From positions 137,764,001-137,828,000 of the forward strand of contig OZ024742.1 in the NCBI GenBank assembly GCA_964016885.1: a DNA stretch of 64,000 bases, given 5' to 3'. Positions within the stretch are counted from its first letter, which is position 1; each line of letters opens with the position of its first letter. Origin of the DNA: Eledone cirrhosa (Eukaryota). The notes beneath the pieces were generated by a model. The model saw only the letters and a list, made by a program, of their open reading frames with translations, made no database searches and had not been told where the DNA came from. The translations under genes were made by a program, and so were the position numbers. Below are positions 1-15,000 of this stretch, piece after piece.

Positions 1-3000
1 GCCACCAAAGAGTGAAAGGCACTACTCACAGCAGCCGCCAAAGAGTGAAAGGCACCACTCACAGCAGCCGTCAAAGAGTGAAAGACACTACTCACAGTAG
101 CCGCCAAAGAGTGAAAGGCACCACCCACAGCAGCCGCCAAACAGTGAAAGCCACCACTCAGTAGCCATCAAAGAGTGAAAGGCACCACCCACAGCAGCCG
201 CCAAAGAGTGAAAGGCACCACTCACATCAGCCGCCAAAGAGTGAAAAACACCACCTACAGCAGCCACCAAATAATGAAAGACACCACTCACATCAGCCGC
301 CAAAGTGTGAAAGACACCACTCACATCAGCCGCGAAAGTGTGAAAGACACCACTCACAGCACACGCCAAAGTGTGAAAAACCTCTCTCACAGCCACCACC
401 AAAGAGTGAAAGACACTACTCACTGCAGACGCCAAAGAATGAAAGACAATACTCCCTGCGGACGCCAAAGAGTGAAAGACACTACTCACTGCAGCCGGCA
501 AAGTGTGAAAGACACTACTCACAGCCCCTACGAAACGGTGAAAGTCACCACTCACAGTGGCCGCCAAGGAGTGAGGAACACCTCACACAGCAGCCGCCAA
601 AGAGTGAGAGGCACCACTCACAGCAGCCGCCAAACAGTGAAATACGTCACTCACAAGAGCCGTCAAAGAGTGAAAGACACCACTCACAGCAGCCGCCAAC
701 GAGTGAAAGACACCACTCACAGCAGCCACCAAGGAGTGAAAAGCACAACTCACAGTAGCCGCCAAAAAGTGAAAGACACCACTCACAGCAGCCACCAAGG
801 TGTGAAAGACACCACTCACAGCAGCCACCAAAGAGTGAAACACACCACTCACAGCAGCCACCAAAGAGTGAAACACACCACTTACAGCAGCCACCAAAGA
901 GTGAACGGCACAACTCACAGCAGCCGCCAAAGAGTGAAAGACACTACTCACAGCATCCGCCAAAGTGTGAAAGACACTACTCACAGCATCCGCCAAAGAG
1001 TGAAAGACACCACTCACAGCAGCTATCAAAGAGTGAAAGGCACCACTCACTGCAGCCGCCAAAGTGTGAAAGACACCAATCACAGCAGCCGCCAAGGAGT
1101 GTAAGACATCACTCACAACAGCCGTCAAATAGTGAAAAACATCACTCACAGCCACCACCAAATAGTGAAAAACACCACTCACAGCAGCCAACAAAGAGTG
1201 AAAGACACTACTCACAGCAGCCAACAAAGAGTGAAATACACCACTCACAGCAGCCAACAAAGAGTGAAAGACACCACCCACAGCAGCCGCCAAAGAGTGA
1301 AAGCCACCACTCACAGTAGCCGCCAAAGAGTGAAAGACACCACTCACAGCAGCCAACAAAGAGTGAAAGACACCACTCACAGCAGCCGCCAAAGAGTGAA
1401 AGGCATCACTCACAGCAGCCGCCAAAGAGTGAAAGGCACCACTCACAGCAGCCACCAAAGAGTGAAAGACACCACTCACAGCAGCCGCCAAAGAGTGAAA
1501 GGCACCACTCACAGCAGCCACCAAAGAGTGAAAGGCACCACTCACAGCAGCCACCAAAGAGGGAACGGCACAACTCACAGCAGCCGCCAAAGAGTGAATG
1601 CCACCACTCACAGTACCTACCAAAGAGTGAAAGGCACCACTCACAGGAGCCACCAAAGAGTGAAAGGTACCACTCACAGCAGCCGCCAAAGAGTGAAAGA
1701 CACCACTCACAGCAGCCGCCGAAGAGTGAAAGAAACCACTCACAGCCACCACCAAAGAGTGAAAGACACTACTCACAGCAGCCGCCAAAGAGTGAAAGGC
1801 ACCACTCACAGCAGCCGCCAAAGAGTGAAGGACACCACTCATAGCAGCCGCCAAGGAATGAAAGACACCACTCACAGCAGCCGCCAAAGAGTGAACGGCA
1901 CCACTCACAGTAGCCGCCAAAGAGTGAAAGACACTACTCACAGCAGCCGCTAAAGTGTGAAGGACACCACTCACAGCAGCCGCCAACGAGTGAAAGACAC
2001 CACTCACAGCAGCCACCAAAGAGTGAAAAACACCACTCACAGCAGCCGCCAAAGAGTGAAAGACACCACTCACAGCAGCCGCCAACGAGTGAAAGACACC
2101 ACTCACAGCACCTACCAAAGAGTGAAAGGCACCACTCACAGCACCCAACAAAGAGTGAAAGACACCACTCACAGTAGCCGCCAAAGAGTGAAAGATACCA
2201 CACACAGCAGCCGCCAAAGAGTGAATCACATCACTCACAGCAGCCGCCAAAGAGTAAAAAACACCACTCACAGCAGCCACCAAAGAGTGAAAGACACCAC
2301 TCACAGCAGCCGCCAAAGAGTGAAAGATACCACACACAGCAGCCGCCAAAGAGTGAAAGACACCACTCACAGCAGCTATCAAAGAGTGAAAGGCACCACT
2401 CACTGCAGCCGCCAAAGTGTGAAAGACACCACTCACAGCAGCCGCTAAAGAGTGAAAAACACCACTCACAGCAGCCACCAAAGAGTGAAAGACACCACTC
2501 ACAGCAGCCGCCAAGGAGTGTAAGACATCACTCACAACAGCCGTCAAAGAGTGAAAAACATCACTCACAGCCACCACCAAATAGTGAAAGACACCACTCA
2601 CAGCAGCCAACAAAGAGTGAAAGACACTACTCACAGCAGCCAACAAAGAGTGAAAGACACTACTCACAGCGGCCAACAAAGAGTGAAAGACACCACCCAC
2701 AGCAGCCGCCAAAGAGTGAAAGCCACCACTCACAGCAGCCAACAAAGAGTGAAAGACACCACTCACAGTAGCCGCCAAAGAGTGAAAGACCCCACTCACA
2801 GCAGCCAACAAAGAGTGAAAGACACCACTCACAGCAGCCACCAAATAGTGAAAGACACTACTCACAGCAGCCACCAAAGTGTGAAAGACACCACTCACAG
2901 CGACCACCAAAGAGTGAAAGCCACCACTCACAGTAGCCGCCAAAGAGTGAAAGGCACCACTCACAGCAGCCAACAAAGAGTGAAAGACACTACTCACAGC

Positions 3001-6000
3001 AGCCACCAAAGAGTGAAAGGCACTACTCACAGCAGCCGCCAAAGAGTGAAAGGCACCACTCACAGCAGCCGTCAAAGGGTGAAAGACACTACTCACAGTA
3101 GCCGCCAAAGAGTGAAAGGCACCACCCACAGCAGCCGCCAAACAGTGAAAGCCACCACTCAGTAGCCATCAAAGAGTGAAAGGCACCACCCACAGCAGCC
3201 GCCAAAGAGTGAAAGGCACCACTCACATCAGCCGCCAAAGAGTGAAAAACACCACCTACAGCAGCCACCAAATAATGAAAGACACCACTCAGATCAGCCG
3301 CCAAAGTGTGAAAGACACCACTCACATCAGCCGCCAAAGTGTGAAAGACACCACTCACAGCACACGCCAAAGTGTGAAAAACCTCTCTCACAGCCACCAC
3401 CAAAGAGTGAAAGACACTACTCACTGCAGACGCCAAAGAATGAAAGACAATACTCCCTGCGGACGCCAAAGAGTGAAAGACACTACTCACTGCAGCCGGC
3501 AAAGTGTGAAAGACACTACTCACAGCCCCTACGAAACGGTGAAAGTCACCACTCACAGTGGCCGCCAAGGAGTGAGGAACACCTCACACAGCAGCCGCCA
3601 AAGAGTGAGAGGCACCACTCACAGCAGCCGCCAAACAGTGAAATACGTCACTCACAAGAGCCGTCAAAGAGTGAAAGACACCACTCACAGCAGCCGCCAA
3701 CGAGTGAAAGACACCACTCACAGCAGCCACCAAGGAGTGAAAAGCACAACTCACAGTAGCCGCCAAAAAGTGAAAGACACCACTCACAGCAGTCACCAAG
3801 GTGTGAAAGACACCACTCACAGCAGCCACCAAAGAGTGAAACACACCACTCACAGCAGCCACCAAAGAGTGAAACACACCACTTACAGCAGCCACCAAAG
3901 AGTGAACGGCACAACTCACAGCAGCCGCCAAAGAGTGAAAGACACTACTCACAGCATCCGCCAAAGTGTGAAAGACACCACTCACAGCAGCCACCAAAGA
4001 GTGAAACACACCACTTACAGCAGCCACCAAAGAGTGAAACACACCACTCACAGCAGCCACCAAAGAGTGAAACACACCACTTACAGCAGCCACCAAAGAG
4101 TGAAACACACCACTCACAGCAGCCACCAAAGAGTGAAACACACCACTTACAGCAGCCACCAAAGAGTGAAACACACCACTTACAGCAGCCACCAAAGAGT
4201 GAAACATACCACTCACAGCAGCCACCAAAGAGTGAAACACACCACTTACATCAGCCACCAAAGAGTGAAAGACACCACTTACAGCAGCCACCAAAGAGTG
4301 AAAGGGACCACTCACAGCATCCGCCAAAGAGTGAAAGACACCACTCACAGCAGCCACCAAAGAGTGAAAGGCACCACTCACAGCATCCGCCAAAGAGTGA
4401 AAGACACCACTCACAGCAGCCACCAAAGTGTGAAAGGGACCACTCACAGCAGCCGCCAAATAGTGAAGGAGACTACGCACAGCAGCCGCCAAAGAGTGGA
4501 AGGTACCACTCATAGCAGTCGCCAAAGATTGAAAGACACCACTCACAGCAGCCATCAAAGAGTGAAAGGCACCACTCACAGCAGCCGCCAAAGAGTGAAA
4601 GGCACCACTCACAGCATTAGCCAAAAAGTGAAAGGCACCACTCACAGCAGCCGCCAAAAATTGAAAGGCACCACTCACAGCATTCGCCAATAAGTGAAAG
4701 ACACCACTCACAGCGGCCACCAAAGAGTGAAAGGCACAACTCACAGCAGCCGCCAAAGAGCGAAAGACACGACTCACAGCAGCCGCCAAAGAGTGAAAGA
4801 CACCACTCACAGCAGCCGCCAAAGAGTGAAATCCACCACTCACAACAGCCGCCAAAGAGCGAAATCCACCACTCACAACTACCGCCAAAGAGTGAAATCC
4901 ACTACTCACAGCAGCCGCCACAGAGTGAAAGGCACCACTCACAACAGCCGCCAAAGAGTGAAAGGCACCACTCACAGCATCCGCCAAAGAGTGAAATACA
5001 CTACTCACAGCAGCCGCCAAATAGTGAAGGACACCACTCACAGCAGCCGCCAAAGAGTGAAATACACTACTCACAGCAGCCGCCAAAGAGTGAAATACAC
5101 TACTCACAGCAGCCGCCAAATAGTGAAGGACACCACTCACAGCAGCCGCCAAAGAGTGAAAAATATCACTCACAGTAACCACCAAAGAGTGAAAAGCACC
5201 ACTCACCTCAGCCGCCAAAGAGTGAAAGACACTACACACAGCGGCCGCCAAAGAGTGAAGGACACCACTCACAGCAGCCGCCAAAGAGTGAAAGACGTCA
5301 CTAACAGCAGCCGCCAAAGAGTGAAAAACATCACTCACAGCCACCACCAAAAAGTGAAAAGCACCACTCACAGCAGCCGCCAAAGAGAGAAGGAGACCAC
5401 TCACAGCAGCCGCCAAAGAGTGAAAGGCACCACTCAAAGCAGCCGCCAAAGAGTGAAAGACACCACTTACAGCACCCACCAAAGAGTGAAAAATATAGTT
5501 GCAGCAGCCGCCAAAGAGTGAAAAACTTCACTCACAGCAGCCGCCTATTGAGTGAAACACACCACTCAAAGAAGTCACCAAAGACTGAAAGACACCACTC
5601 ACAGCAGCTACCAAAGAGTGAAAGACACCACTCACAGCAGCCGCCAAATAGTGCAAGACATTACTCACAACAGCCGTCAAAGAGTGGAAAACATTACTCA
5701 CAGCCACCAGCAAAGACTTAAAAACACCACTCACAGCAGCCGCCAAAGCGTGAAAGGCACCACTCACAGCAGCCGCCAAAGAGTGAAAGACACTACACAC
5801 AGCAGGCGCCAAAGAGTGAAGGACACCACTCAGAGCAACCGCCAAAGAGTGAAAGGCACCACTCACAGCAGCCGCCAAAGAGTGAAAGACACTACTCACA
5901 GCAGCCGCCAAAGAGTGAAGGACACCACTCACAGCAGCCGCCAAAGAGTGAAAGACATGACTCACAGCAACCGCCAAAGAGGGAAAAACATCACTCACAG

Positions 6001-9000
6001 CCACCACCAAGAAGTGAAAGGCACCACTCACAGCAGCCGCCAAAGAGTGAAAGGCACCACTCACAGCAGCCACCAAAGAGTGAAACACACCACTTACAGC
6101 AGCCACCAAAGAGTGAAAGACACCACTTACAGCAGCCACCAAAGAGTGAAAGGGACCACTCACAGCATCCGCCAAAGAGTGAAAGACACCACTTACAGCA
6201 GCCACCAAAGAGTGAAAGACACCACTTACAGCAGCCACCAAAGAGTGAAAGGGACCACTCACAGCATCCGCCAAAGAGTGAAAGACACCACTCACAGCAG
6301 CCACCAAAGAGTGAAAGGGACCACTCACAGCATCCGCCAAAGAGTGAAAGGCACCACTCAAAGCAGCCACCAAAGAGTGAAAGACACCACTCACAGCCAC
6401 CACCAAAGAGTGAAAGACACCACTCACAGCAGCCACCAAAGAGTAAAAGGGACCACTCACAGCAGCCGCCAAAGAGTGAACGGCACAACTCACAGCAGCC
6501 GCCAAAGAGTGAAAGACACTACTCACAGCATCCGCCAAAGAGTGAAAGACACCACTCACAGCATCCGCCAAAGAGTGAAAGACACCACTCACAGCAGCCA
6601 CCAAAGAGTGAAACACACCACTTACAGCAGCCACCAAAGAGTGAACGGCACAACTCACAGCAGCCGCCAAAGAGTGAAAGACACTACTCACAGCATCCGC
6701 CAAAGAGTGAAAGACACCACTCACAGCATCCGCCAAAGAGTGAAAGACACCACTCACAGCAGCCACCAAAGAGTGAAAGACACCACTCACTGCAGCCACC
6801 AAAGAGTGAAACACACCACTTACAGCAGCCACCAAAGAGTGAAAGACACCACTCACAGAAGCCACAAAAGAGTGAAACACACCACTCACTGCAGCCACCA
6901 AAGAGTGAAACACACCACTTACAGCAGCCACCAAAGAGTGAAAGACACCACTCACAGAAGCCACAAAAGAGTGAAACACACCACTCACTGCAGCCACCAA
7001 AGAGTGAAACACACCACTCACAGCAGCCACCAAAGAGTGAAAGGCACCGCTCACTGCAGCCAGCAAAGAGTGAAACACACCACTTACAGCAGCCACCAAA
7101 GAGTGAAAGGCACCACTCACAGCAGCCGCCAAAGAGTGAAAGGCACCACTCACAGCATTCGCCAAAAAGTGAAAGGCACCACTCACAGCAGCCGCCAAAG
7201 AGCGAAAGACACGACTCACAGCAGCCGCCAAAGAGTGAAAGGCACCACTCACAGCAGCCGCCAAAGAGTGAAAGGCACCACTCACAGCATTCGCCAAAAA
7301 GTGAAAGGCACCACTCACAGCAGCCGCCAAAGAGTGAAAGGCACCACTCACAGCATTCGCCAAAAAGTGAAAGGCACCACTCACAGCAGCCGCCAAAGAG
7401 TGAAAGGCACCACTCACAGCATTCGCCAAAAAGTGAAAGGCACCACTCACAACAGCCGCCACAGAGTGAAAGGCACCACTCACAGCATCCGCCAAAGAGT
7501 GAAATACACTACTCACAGCAGCCGCCAAATAGTGAAGGACACCACTCAAAGCAGCCGCCAAATAGTGAAAGACATCACTCACAGCAGCCGCCAAAGAGTG
7601 AAAAATATCACTCACAGTAACCACCAAAGAGTGAAAAGCACCACTCACAACAGCCGCCAAATAGTGAAGGAGACTACACACAGCGGCCGCCAAAGAGTGA
7701 AGGATACCACTCACAGCAGCCGCCAAAGAGTGAAAGACATCACTCACAGCAGCCGCCAAAGAGTGAAAAACATCACTCACAGCCACCACCAAAAAGTGAA
7801 AAGCACCACTCACAGCAGCCGCCAAAGAGAGAAGGAGACCACTCACAGCAGCCGCCAAAGAGTGAAAGACACTACTCACAGCAGCCGCCAAAGAATGAAA
7901 GGCACCACTCAAAGCAGCCGCCAATGAGTGAAAGACACCACTTACAGCAGCCACCAAAGAGTGAAAAATATACTCGCTGCAGCCGCCAAAGAGTGAAAAA
8001 CTTCACTCACAGCAGCCGCCTATTGAGTGAAAGACACCACTCAAAGAAGTCACCAAATACTGAAAGACACCACTTACAGCAGCTACCAAAGAGTGAAAGA
8101 CACCACTCACAGCAGCCGCCAAATAGTGCAAGACATTACTCACAACAGCCGTCAAAGAGTGGAAAACATTACTCACGCCACCAGCAAAGACTTAAAGACA
8201 CCACTCACAGCAGCCGCCAAAGCGTGAAAGGGACCACTCACAGCATCCGCCAAAGAGTGAAAGACACCACTCACAGCAGCCACCAAAGAGTGAAAGGCAC
8301 CACTCACAGCATCCGCCAAAGAGTGAAAGACACCACTCACAGCAGCCACCAAAGTGTGAAAGGGACCACTCACAGCAGCCGCCAAATAGTGAAGGAGACT
8401 ACGCACAGCAGCCGCCAAAGAGTGGAAGGTACCACTCATAGCAGTCGCCAAAGATTGAAAGACACCACTCACAGCAGCCATCAAAGAGTGAAAGGCACCA
8501 CTCACAGCAGCCGCCAAAGAGTGAAAGGCACCACTCACAGCATTAGCCAAAAAGTGAAAGGCACCACTCACAGCAGCCGCCAAAAATTGAAAGGCACCAC
8601 TCACAGCATTCGCCAATAAGTGAAAGACACCACTCACAGCGGCCACCAAAGAGTGAAAGGCACAACTCACAGCAGCCGCCAAAGAGCGAAAGACACGACT
8701 CACAGCAGCCGCCAAAGAGTGAAAGACACCACTCACAGCAGCCGCCAAAGAGTGAAATCCACCACTCACAACAGCCGCCAAAGAGTGAAATCCACCACTC
8801 ACAACTACCGCCAAAGAGTGAAATCCACTACTCACAGCAGCCGCCACAGGGTGAAAGGCACCACTCACAACAGCCGCCAAAGAGTGAAAGGCACCACTTA
8901 CAGCAGCCACCAAAGAGTGAAAGACACCACTTACAGCAGCCACCAAAGAGTGAAAGACACCACTCACAGAAGCCACAAAAGAGTGAAACACACCACTCAC

Positions 9001-12000
9001 TGCAGCCACCAAAGAGTGAAACACACCACTTACAGCAGCCACCAAAGAGTGAAAGACACCACTTACAGCAGCCACCAAAGAGTGAAAGGGACCACTCACA
9101 GCATCCGCCAAAGAGTGAAAGACACCACTCACAGCAGCCACCAAAGAGTGAAAGGGACCACTCACAGCATCCGCCAAAGAGTGAAAGGCACCACTCAAAG
9201 CAGCCACCAAAGAGTGAAAGACACCACTCACAGCCACCACCAAAGAGTGAAAGACACCACTCACAGCAGCCACCAAAGAGTAAAAGGGACCACTCACAGC
9301 AGCCGCCAAAGAGTGAACGGCACAACTCACAGCAGCCGCCAAAGAGTGAAAGACACTACTCACAGCATCCGCCAAAGAGTGAAAGACACCACTCACAGCA
9401 TCCGCCAAAGAGTGAAAGACACCACTCACAGCAGCCACCAAAGAGTGAAACACACCACTTACAGCAGCCACCAAAGAGTGAACGGCACAACTCACAGCAG
9501 CCGCCAAAGAGTGAAAGACACTACTCACAGCATCCGCCAAAGAGTGAAAGACACCACTCACAGCATCCGCCAAAGAGTGAAAGACACCACTCACAGCAGC
9601 CACCAAAGAGTGAAAGACACCACTCACTGCAGCCACCAAAGAGTGAAACACACCACTTACAGCAGCCACCAAAGAGTGAAAGACACCACTCACAGAAGCC
9701 ACAAAAGAGTGAAACACACCACTCACTGCAGCCACCAAAGAGTGAAACACACCACTTACAGCAGCCACCAAAGAGTGAAAGACACCACTCACAGAAGCCA
9801 CAAAAGAGTGAAACACACCACTCACTGCAGCCACCAAAGAGTGAAACACACCACTCACAGCAGCCACCAAAGAGTGAAAGGCACCGCTCACTGCAGCCAC
9901 CAAAGAGTGAAACACACCACTTACAGCAGCCACCAAAGAGTGAAAGGCACCACTCACAGCAGCCGCCAAAGAGTGAAAGGCACCACTCACAGCATTCGCC
10001 AAAAAGTGAAAGGCACCACTCACAGCAGCCGCCAAAGAGCGAAAGACACGACTCACAGCAGCCGCCAAAGAGTGAAAGGCACCACTCACAGCAGCCGCCA
10101 AAGAGTGAAAGGCACCACTCACAGCATTCGCCAAAAAGTGAAAGGCACCACTCACAGCAGCCGCCAAAGAGTGAAAGGCACCACTCACAGCATTCGCCAA
10201 AAAGTGAAAGGCACCACTCACAGCAGCCGCCAAAGAGTGAAAGGCACCACTCACAGCATTCGCCAAAAAGTGAAAGGCACCACTCACAGCAGCCGCCAAA
10301 GAGTGAAAGGCACCACTCACAGCATTCGCCAAAAAGTGAAAGGCACCACTCACAACAGCCGCCACAGAGTGAAAGGCACCACTCACAGCATCCGCCAAAG
10401 AGTGAAATACACTACTCACAGCAGCCGCCAAATAGTGAAGGACACCACTCAAAGCAGCCGCCAAATAGTGAAAGACATCACTCACAGCAGCCGCCAAAGA
10501 GTGAAAAATATCACTCACAGTAACCACCAAAGAGTGAAAAGCACCACTCACAACAGCCGCCAAATAGTGAAGGAGACTACACACAGCGGCCGCCAAAGAG
10601 TGAAGGATACCACTCACAGCAGCCGCCAAAGAGTGAAAGACATCACTCACAGCAGCCGCCAAAGAGTGAAAAACATCACTCACAGCCACCACCAAAAAGT
10701 GAAAAGCACCACTCACAGCAGCCGCCAAAGAGAGAAGGAGACCACTCACAGCAGCCGCCAAAGAGTGAAAGACACTACTCACAGCAGCCGCCAAAGAATG
10801 AAAGGCACCACTCAAAGCAGCCGCCAATGAGTGAAAGACACCACTTACAGCAGCCACCAAAGAGTGAAAAATATACTCGCTGCAGCCGCCAAAGAGTGAA
10901 AAACTTCACTCACAGCAGCCGCCTATTGAGTGAAAGACACCACTCAAAGAAGTCACCAAATACTGAAAGACACCACTTACAGCAGCTACCAAAGAGTGAA
11001 AGACACCACTCACAGCAGCCGCCAAATAGTGCAAGACATTACTCACAACAGCCGTCAAAGAGTGGAAAACATTACTCACGCCACCAGCAAAGACTTAAAG
11101 ACACCACTCACAGCAGCCGCCAAAGCGTGAAAGGGACCACTCACAGCATCCGCCAAAGAGTGAAAGACACCACTCACAGCAGCCACCAAAGAGTGAAAGG
11201 CACCACTCACAGCATCCGCCAAAGAGTGAAAGACACCACTCACAGCAGCCACCAAAGTGTGAAAGGGACCACTCACAGCAGCCGCCAAATAGTGAAGGAG
11301 ACTACGCACAGCAGCCGCCAAAGAGTGGAAGGTACCACTCATAGCAGTCGCCAAAGATTGAAAGACACCACTCACAGCAGCCATCAAAGAGTGAAAGGCA
11401 CCACTCACAGCAGCCGCCAAAGAGTGAAAGGCACCACTCACAGCATTAGCCAAAAAGTGAAAGGCACCACTCACAGCAGCCGCCAAAAATTGAAAGGCAC
11501 CACTCACAGCATTCGCCAATAAGTGAAAGACACCACTCACAGCGGCCACCAAAGAGTGAAAGGCACAACTCACAGCAGCCGCCAAAGAGCGAAAGACACG
11601 ACTCACAGCAGCCGCCAAAGAGTGAAAGACACCACTCACAGCAGCCGCCAAAGAGTGAAATCCACCACTCACAACAGCCGCCAAAGAGTGAAATCCACCA
11701 CTCACAACTACCGCCAAAGAGTGAAATCCACTACTCACAGCAGCCGCCACAGGGTGAAAGGCACCACTCACAACAGCCGCCAAAGAGTGAAAGGCACCAC
11801 TTACAGCAGCCACCAAAGAGTGAAAGACACCACTTACAGCAGCCACCAAAGAGTGAAAGACACCACTCACAGAAGCCACAAAAGAGTGAAACACACCACT
11901 CACTGCAGCCACCAAAGAGTGAAACACACCACTTACAGCAGCCACCAAAGAGTGAAAGACACCACTCACAGAAGCCACAAAAGAGTGAAACACACCACTC

Positions 12001-15000
12001 ACTGCAGCCACCAAAGAGTGAAACACACCTCTCACAGCAGCCACCAAAGAGTGAAAGGCACCGCTCACTGCAGCCACCAAAGAGTGAAACACACCACTTA
12101 CAGCAGCCACCAAAGAGTGAAAGGCACCACTCACAGCAGCCGCCAAAGAGTGAAAGGCACCACTCACAGCATTCGCCAAAAAGTGAAAGGCACCACTCAC
12201 AGCAGCCGCCAAAGAGCGAAAGACACGACTCACAGCAGCCGCCAAAGAGTGAAAGGCACCACTCACAGCAGCCGCCAAAGAGTGAAAGGCACCACTCACA
12301 GCATTCGCCAAAAAGTGAAAGGCACCACTCACAGCAGCCGCCAAAGAGTGAAAGGCACCACTCACAGCATTCGCCAAAAAGTGAAAGGCACCACTCACAG
12401 CAGCCGCCAAAGAGTGAAAGGCACCACTCACAGCATTCGCCAAAAAGTGAAAGGCACCACTCACAGCAGCCGCCAAAGAGTGAAAGGCACCACTCACAGC
12501 ATTCGCCAAAAAGTGAAAGGCACCACTCACAACAGCCGCCACAGAGTGAAAGGCACCACTCACAGCATCCGCCAAAGAGTGAAATACACTACTCACAGCA
12601 GCCGCCAAATAGTGAAGGACACCACTCAAAGCAGCCGCCAAATAGTGAAAGACATCACTCACAGCAGCCGCCAAAGAGTGAAAAATATCACTCACAGTAA
12701 CCACCAAAGAGTGAAAAGCACCACTCACAACAGCCGCCAAATAGTGAAGGAGACTACACACAGCGGCCGCCAAAGAGTGAAGGATACCACTCACAGCAGC
12801 CGCCAAAGAGTGAAAGACATCACTCACAGCAGCCGCCAAAGAGTGAAAAACATCACTCACAGCCACCACCAAAAAGTGAAAAGCACCACTCACAGCAGCC
12901 GCCAAAGAGAGAAGGAGACCACTCACAGCAGCCGCCAAAGAGTGAAAGACACTACTCACAGCAGCCGCCAAAGAATGAAAGGCACCACTCAAAGCAGCCG
13001 CCAATGAGTGAAAGACACCACTTACAGCACCCACCAAAGAGTGAAAAATATACTCGCTGCAGCCGCCAAAGAGTGAAAAACTTCACTCACAGCAGCCGCC
13101 TATTGAGTGAAAGACACCACTCAAAGAAGTCACCAAATACTGAAAGACACCACTTACAGCAGCTACCAAAGAGTGAAAGACACCACTCACAGCAGCCGCC
13201 AAATAGTGCAAGACATTACTCACAACAGCCGTCAAAGAGTGGAAAACATTACTCACGCCACCAGCAAAGACTTAAAGACACCACTCACAGCAGCCGCCAA
13301 AGCGTGAAAGGCACCACTCACAGCAGCCACCAAAGAGTGAAACATACCACTCACAGCAGCCACCAAAGAGTGAAAGACACCACTCAGAGCAGCCGCCAAA
13401 GAGTGAAAGACACCACTCACAGCAGCCACCAAAGAGTGAAACACACCACTTACAGCAGCCACCAAAGAGTGAAACATACCACTCACAGCAGCCACCAAAG
13501 AGTGAAACACACCACTTACAGCAGCCACCAAAGAGTGAAAGACACCACTTACAGCAGCCACCAAAGAGTGAAAGGGACCACTCACAGCATCCGCCAAAGA
13601 GTGAAAGACACCACTCACAGCAGCCACCAAAGAGTGAAAGGCACCACTCACAGCATCCGCCAAAGAGTGAAAGACACCACTCACAGCAGCCACCAAAGTG
13701 TGAAAGGGACCACTCACAGCAGCCGCCAAATAGTGAAGGAGACTACGCACAGCAGCCGCCAAAGAGTGGAAGGTACCACTCATAGCAGTCGCCAAAGATT
13801 GAAAGACACCACTCACAGCAGCCATCAAAGAGTGAAAGGCACCACTCACAGCAGCCGCCAAAGAGTGAAAGGCACCACTCACAGCATTAGCCAAAAAGTG
13901 AAAGGCACCACTCACAGCAGCCGCCAAAAATTGAAAGGCACCACTCACAGCATTCGCCAATAAGTGAAAGACACCACTCACAGCGGCCACCAAAGAGTGA
14001 AAGGCACAACTCACAGCAGCCGCCAAAGAGCGAAAGACACGACTCACAGCAGCCGCCAAAGAGTGAAAGACACCACTCACAGCAGCCGCCAAAGAGTGAA
14101 ATCCACCACTCACAACAGCCGCCAAAGAGTGAAATCCACCACTCACAACTACCGCCAAAGAGTGAAATCCACTACTCACAGCAGCCGCCACAGAGTGAAA
14201 GGCACCACTCACAACAGCCGCCAAAGAGTGAAAGGCACCACTCACAGCATCCGCCAAAGAGTGAAATACACTACTCACAGCAGCCGCCAAATAGTGAAGG
14301 ACACCACTCACAGCAGCCGCCAAAGAGTGAAAAATATCACTCACAGTAACCACCAAAGAGTGAAAAGCACCACTCACCTCAGCCGCCAAAGAGTGAAAGA
14401 CACTACACACAGCGGCCGCCAAAGAGTGAAGGACACCACTCACAGCAGCCGCCAAAGAGTGAAAGACATCACTAACAGCAGCCGCCAAAGAGTGAAAAAC
14501 ATCACTCACAGCCACCACCAAAAAGTGAAAAGCACCACTCACAGCAGCCGCCAAAGAGAGAAGGAGACCACTCACAGCAGCCGCCAAAGAGTGAAAGGCA
14601 CCACTCAAAGCAGCCGCCAAAGAGTGAAAGACACCACTTACAGCACCCACCAAAGAGTGAAAAATATAGTTGCAGCAGCCGCCAAAGAGTGAAAAACTTC
14701 ACTCACAGCAGCCGCCTATTGAGTGAAACACACCACTCAAAGTCACCAAAGACTGAAAGACACCACTCACAGCAGCTACCAAAGAGTGAAAGACACCACT
14801 CACAGCAACCGCCAAATAGTGCAAGACATTACTCACAACAGCCGTCAAAGAGTGGAAAACATTACTCACAGCCACCAGCAAAGACTTAAAAACACCACTC
14901 ACAGCAGCCGCAAAAGCGTGAAAGGCACCACTCACAGCAGCCGCCAAAGAGTGAAAGACACTACACACAGCAGGCGCCAAAGAGTGAAGGACACCACTCA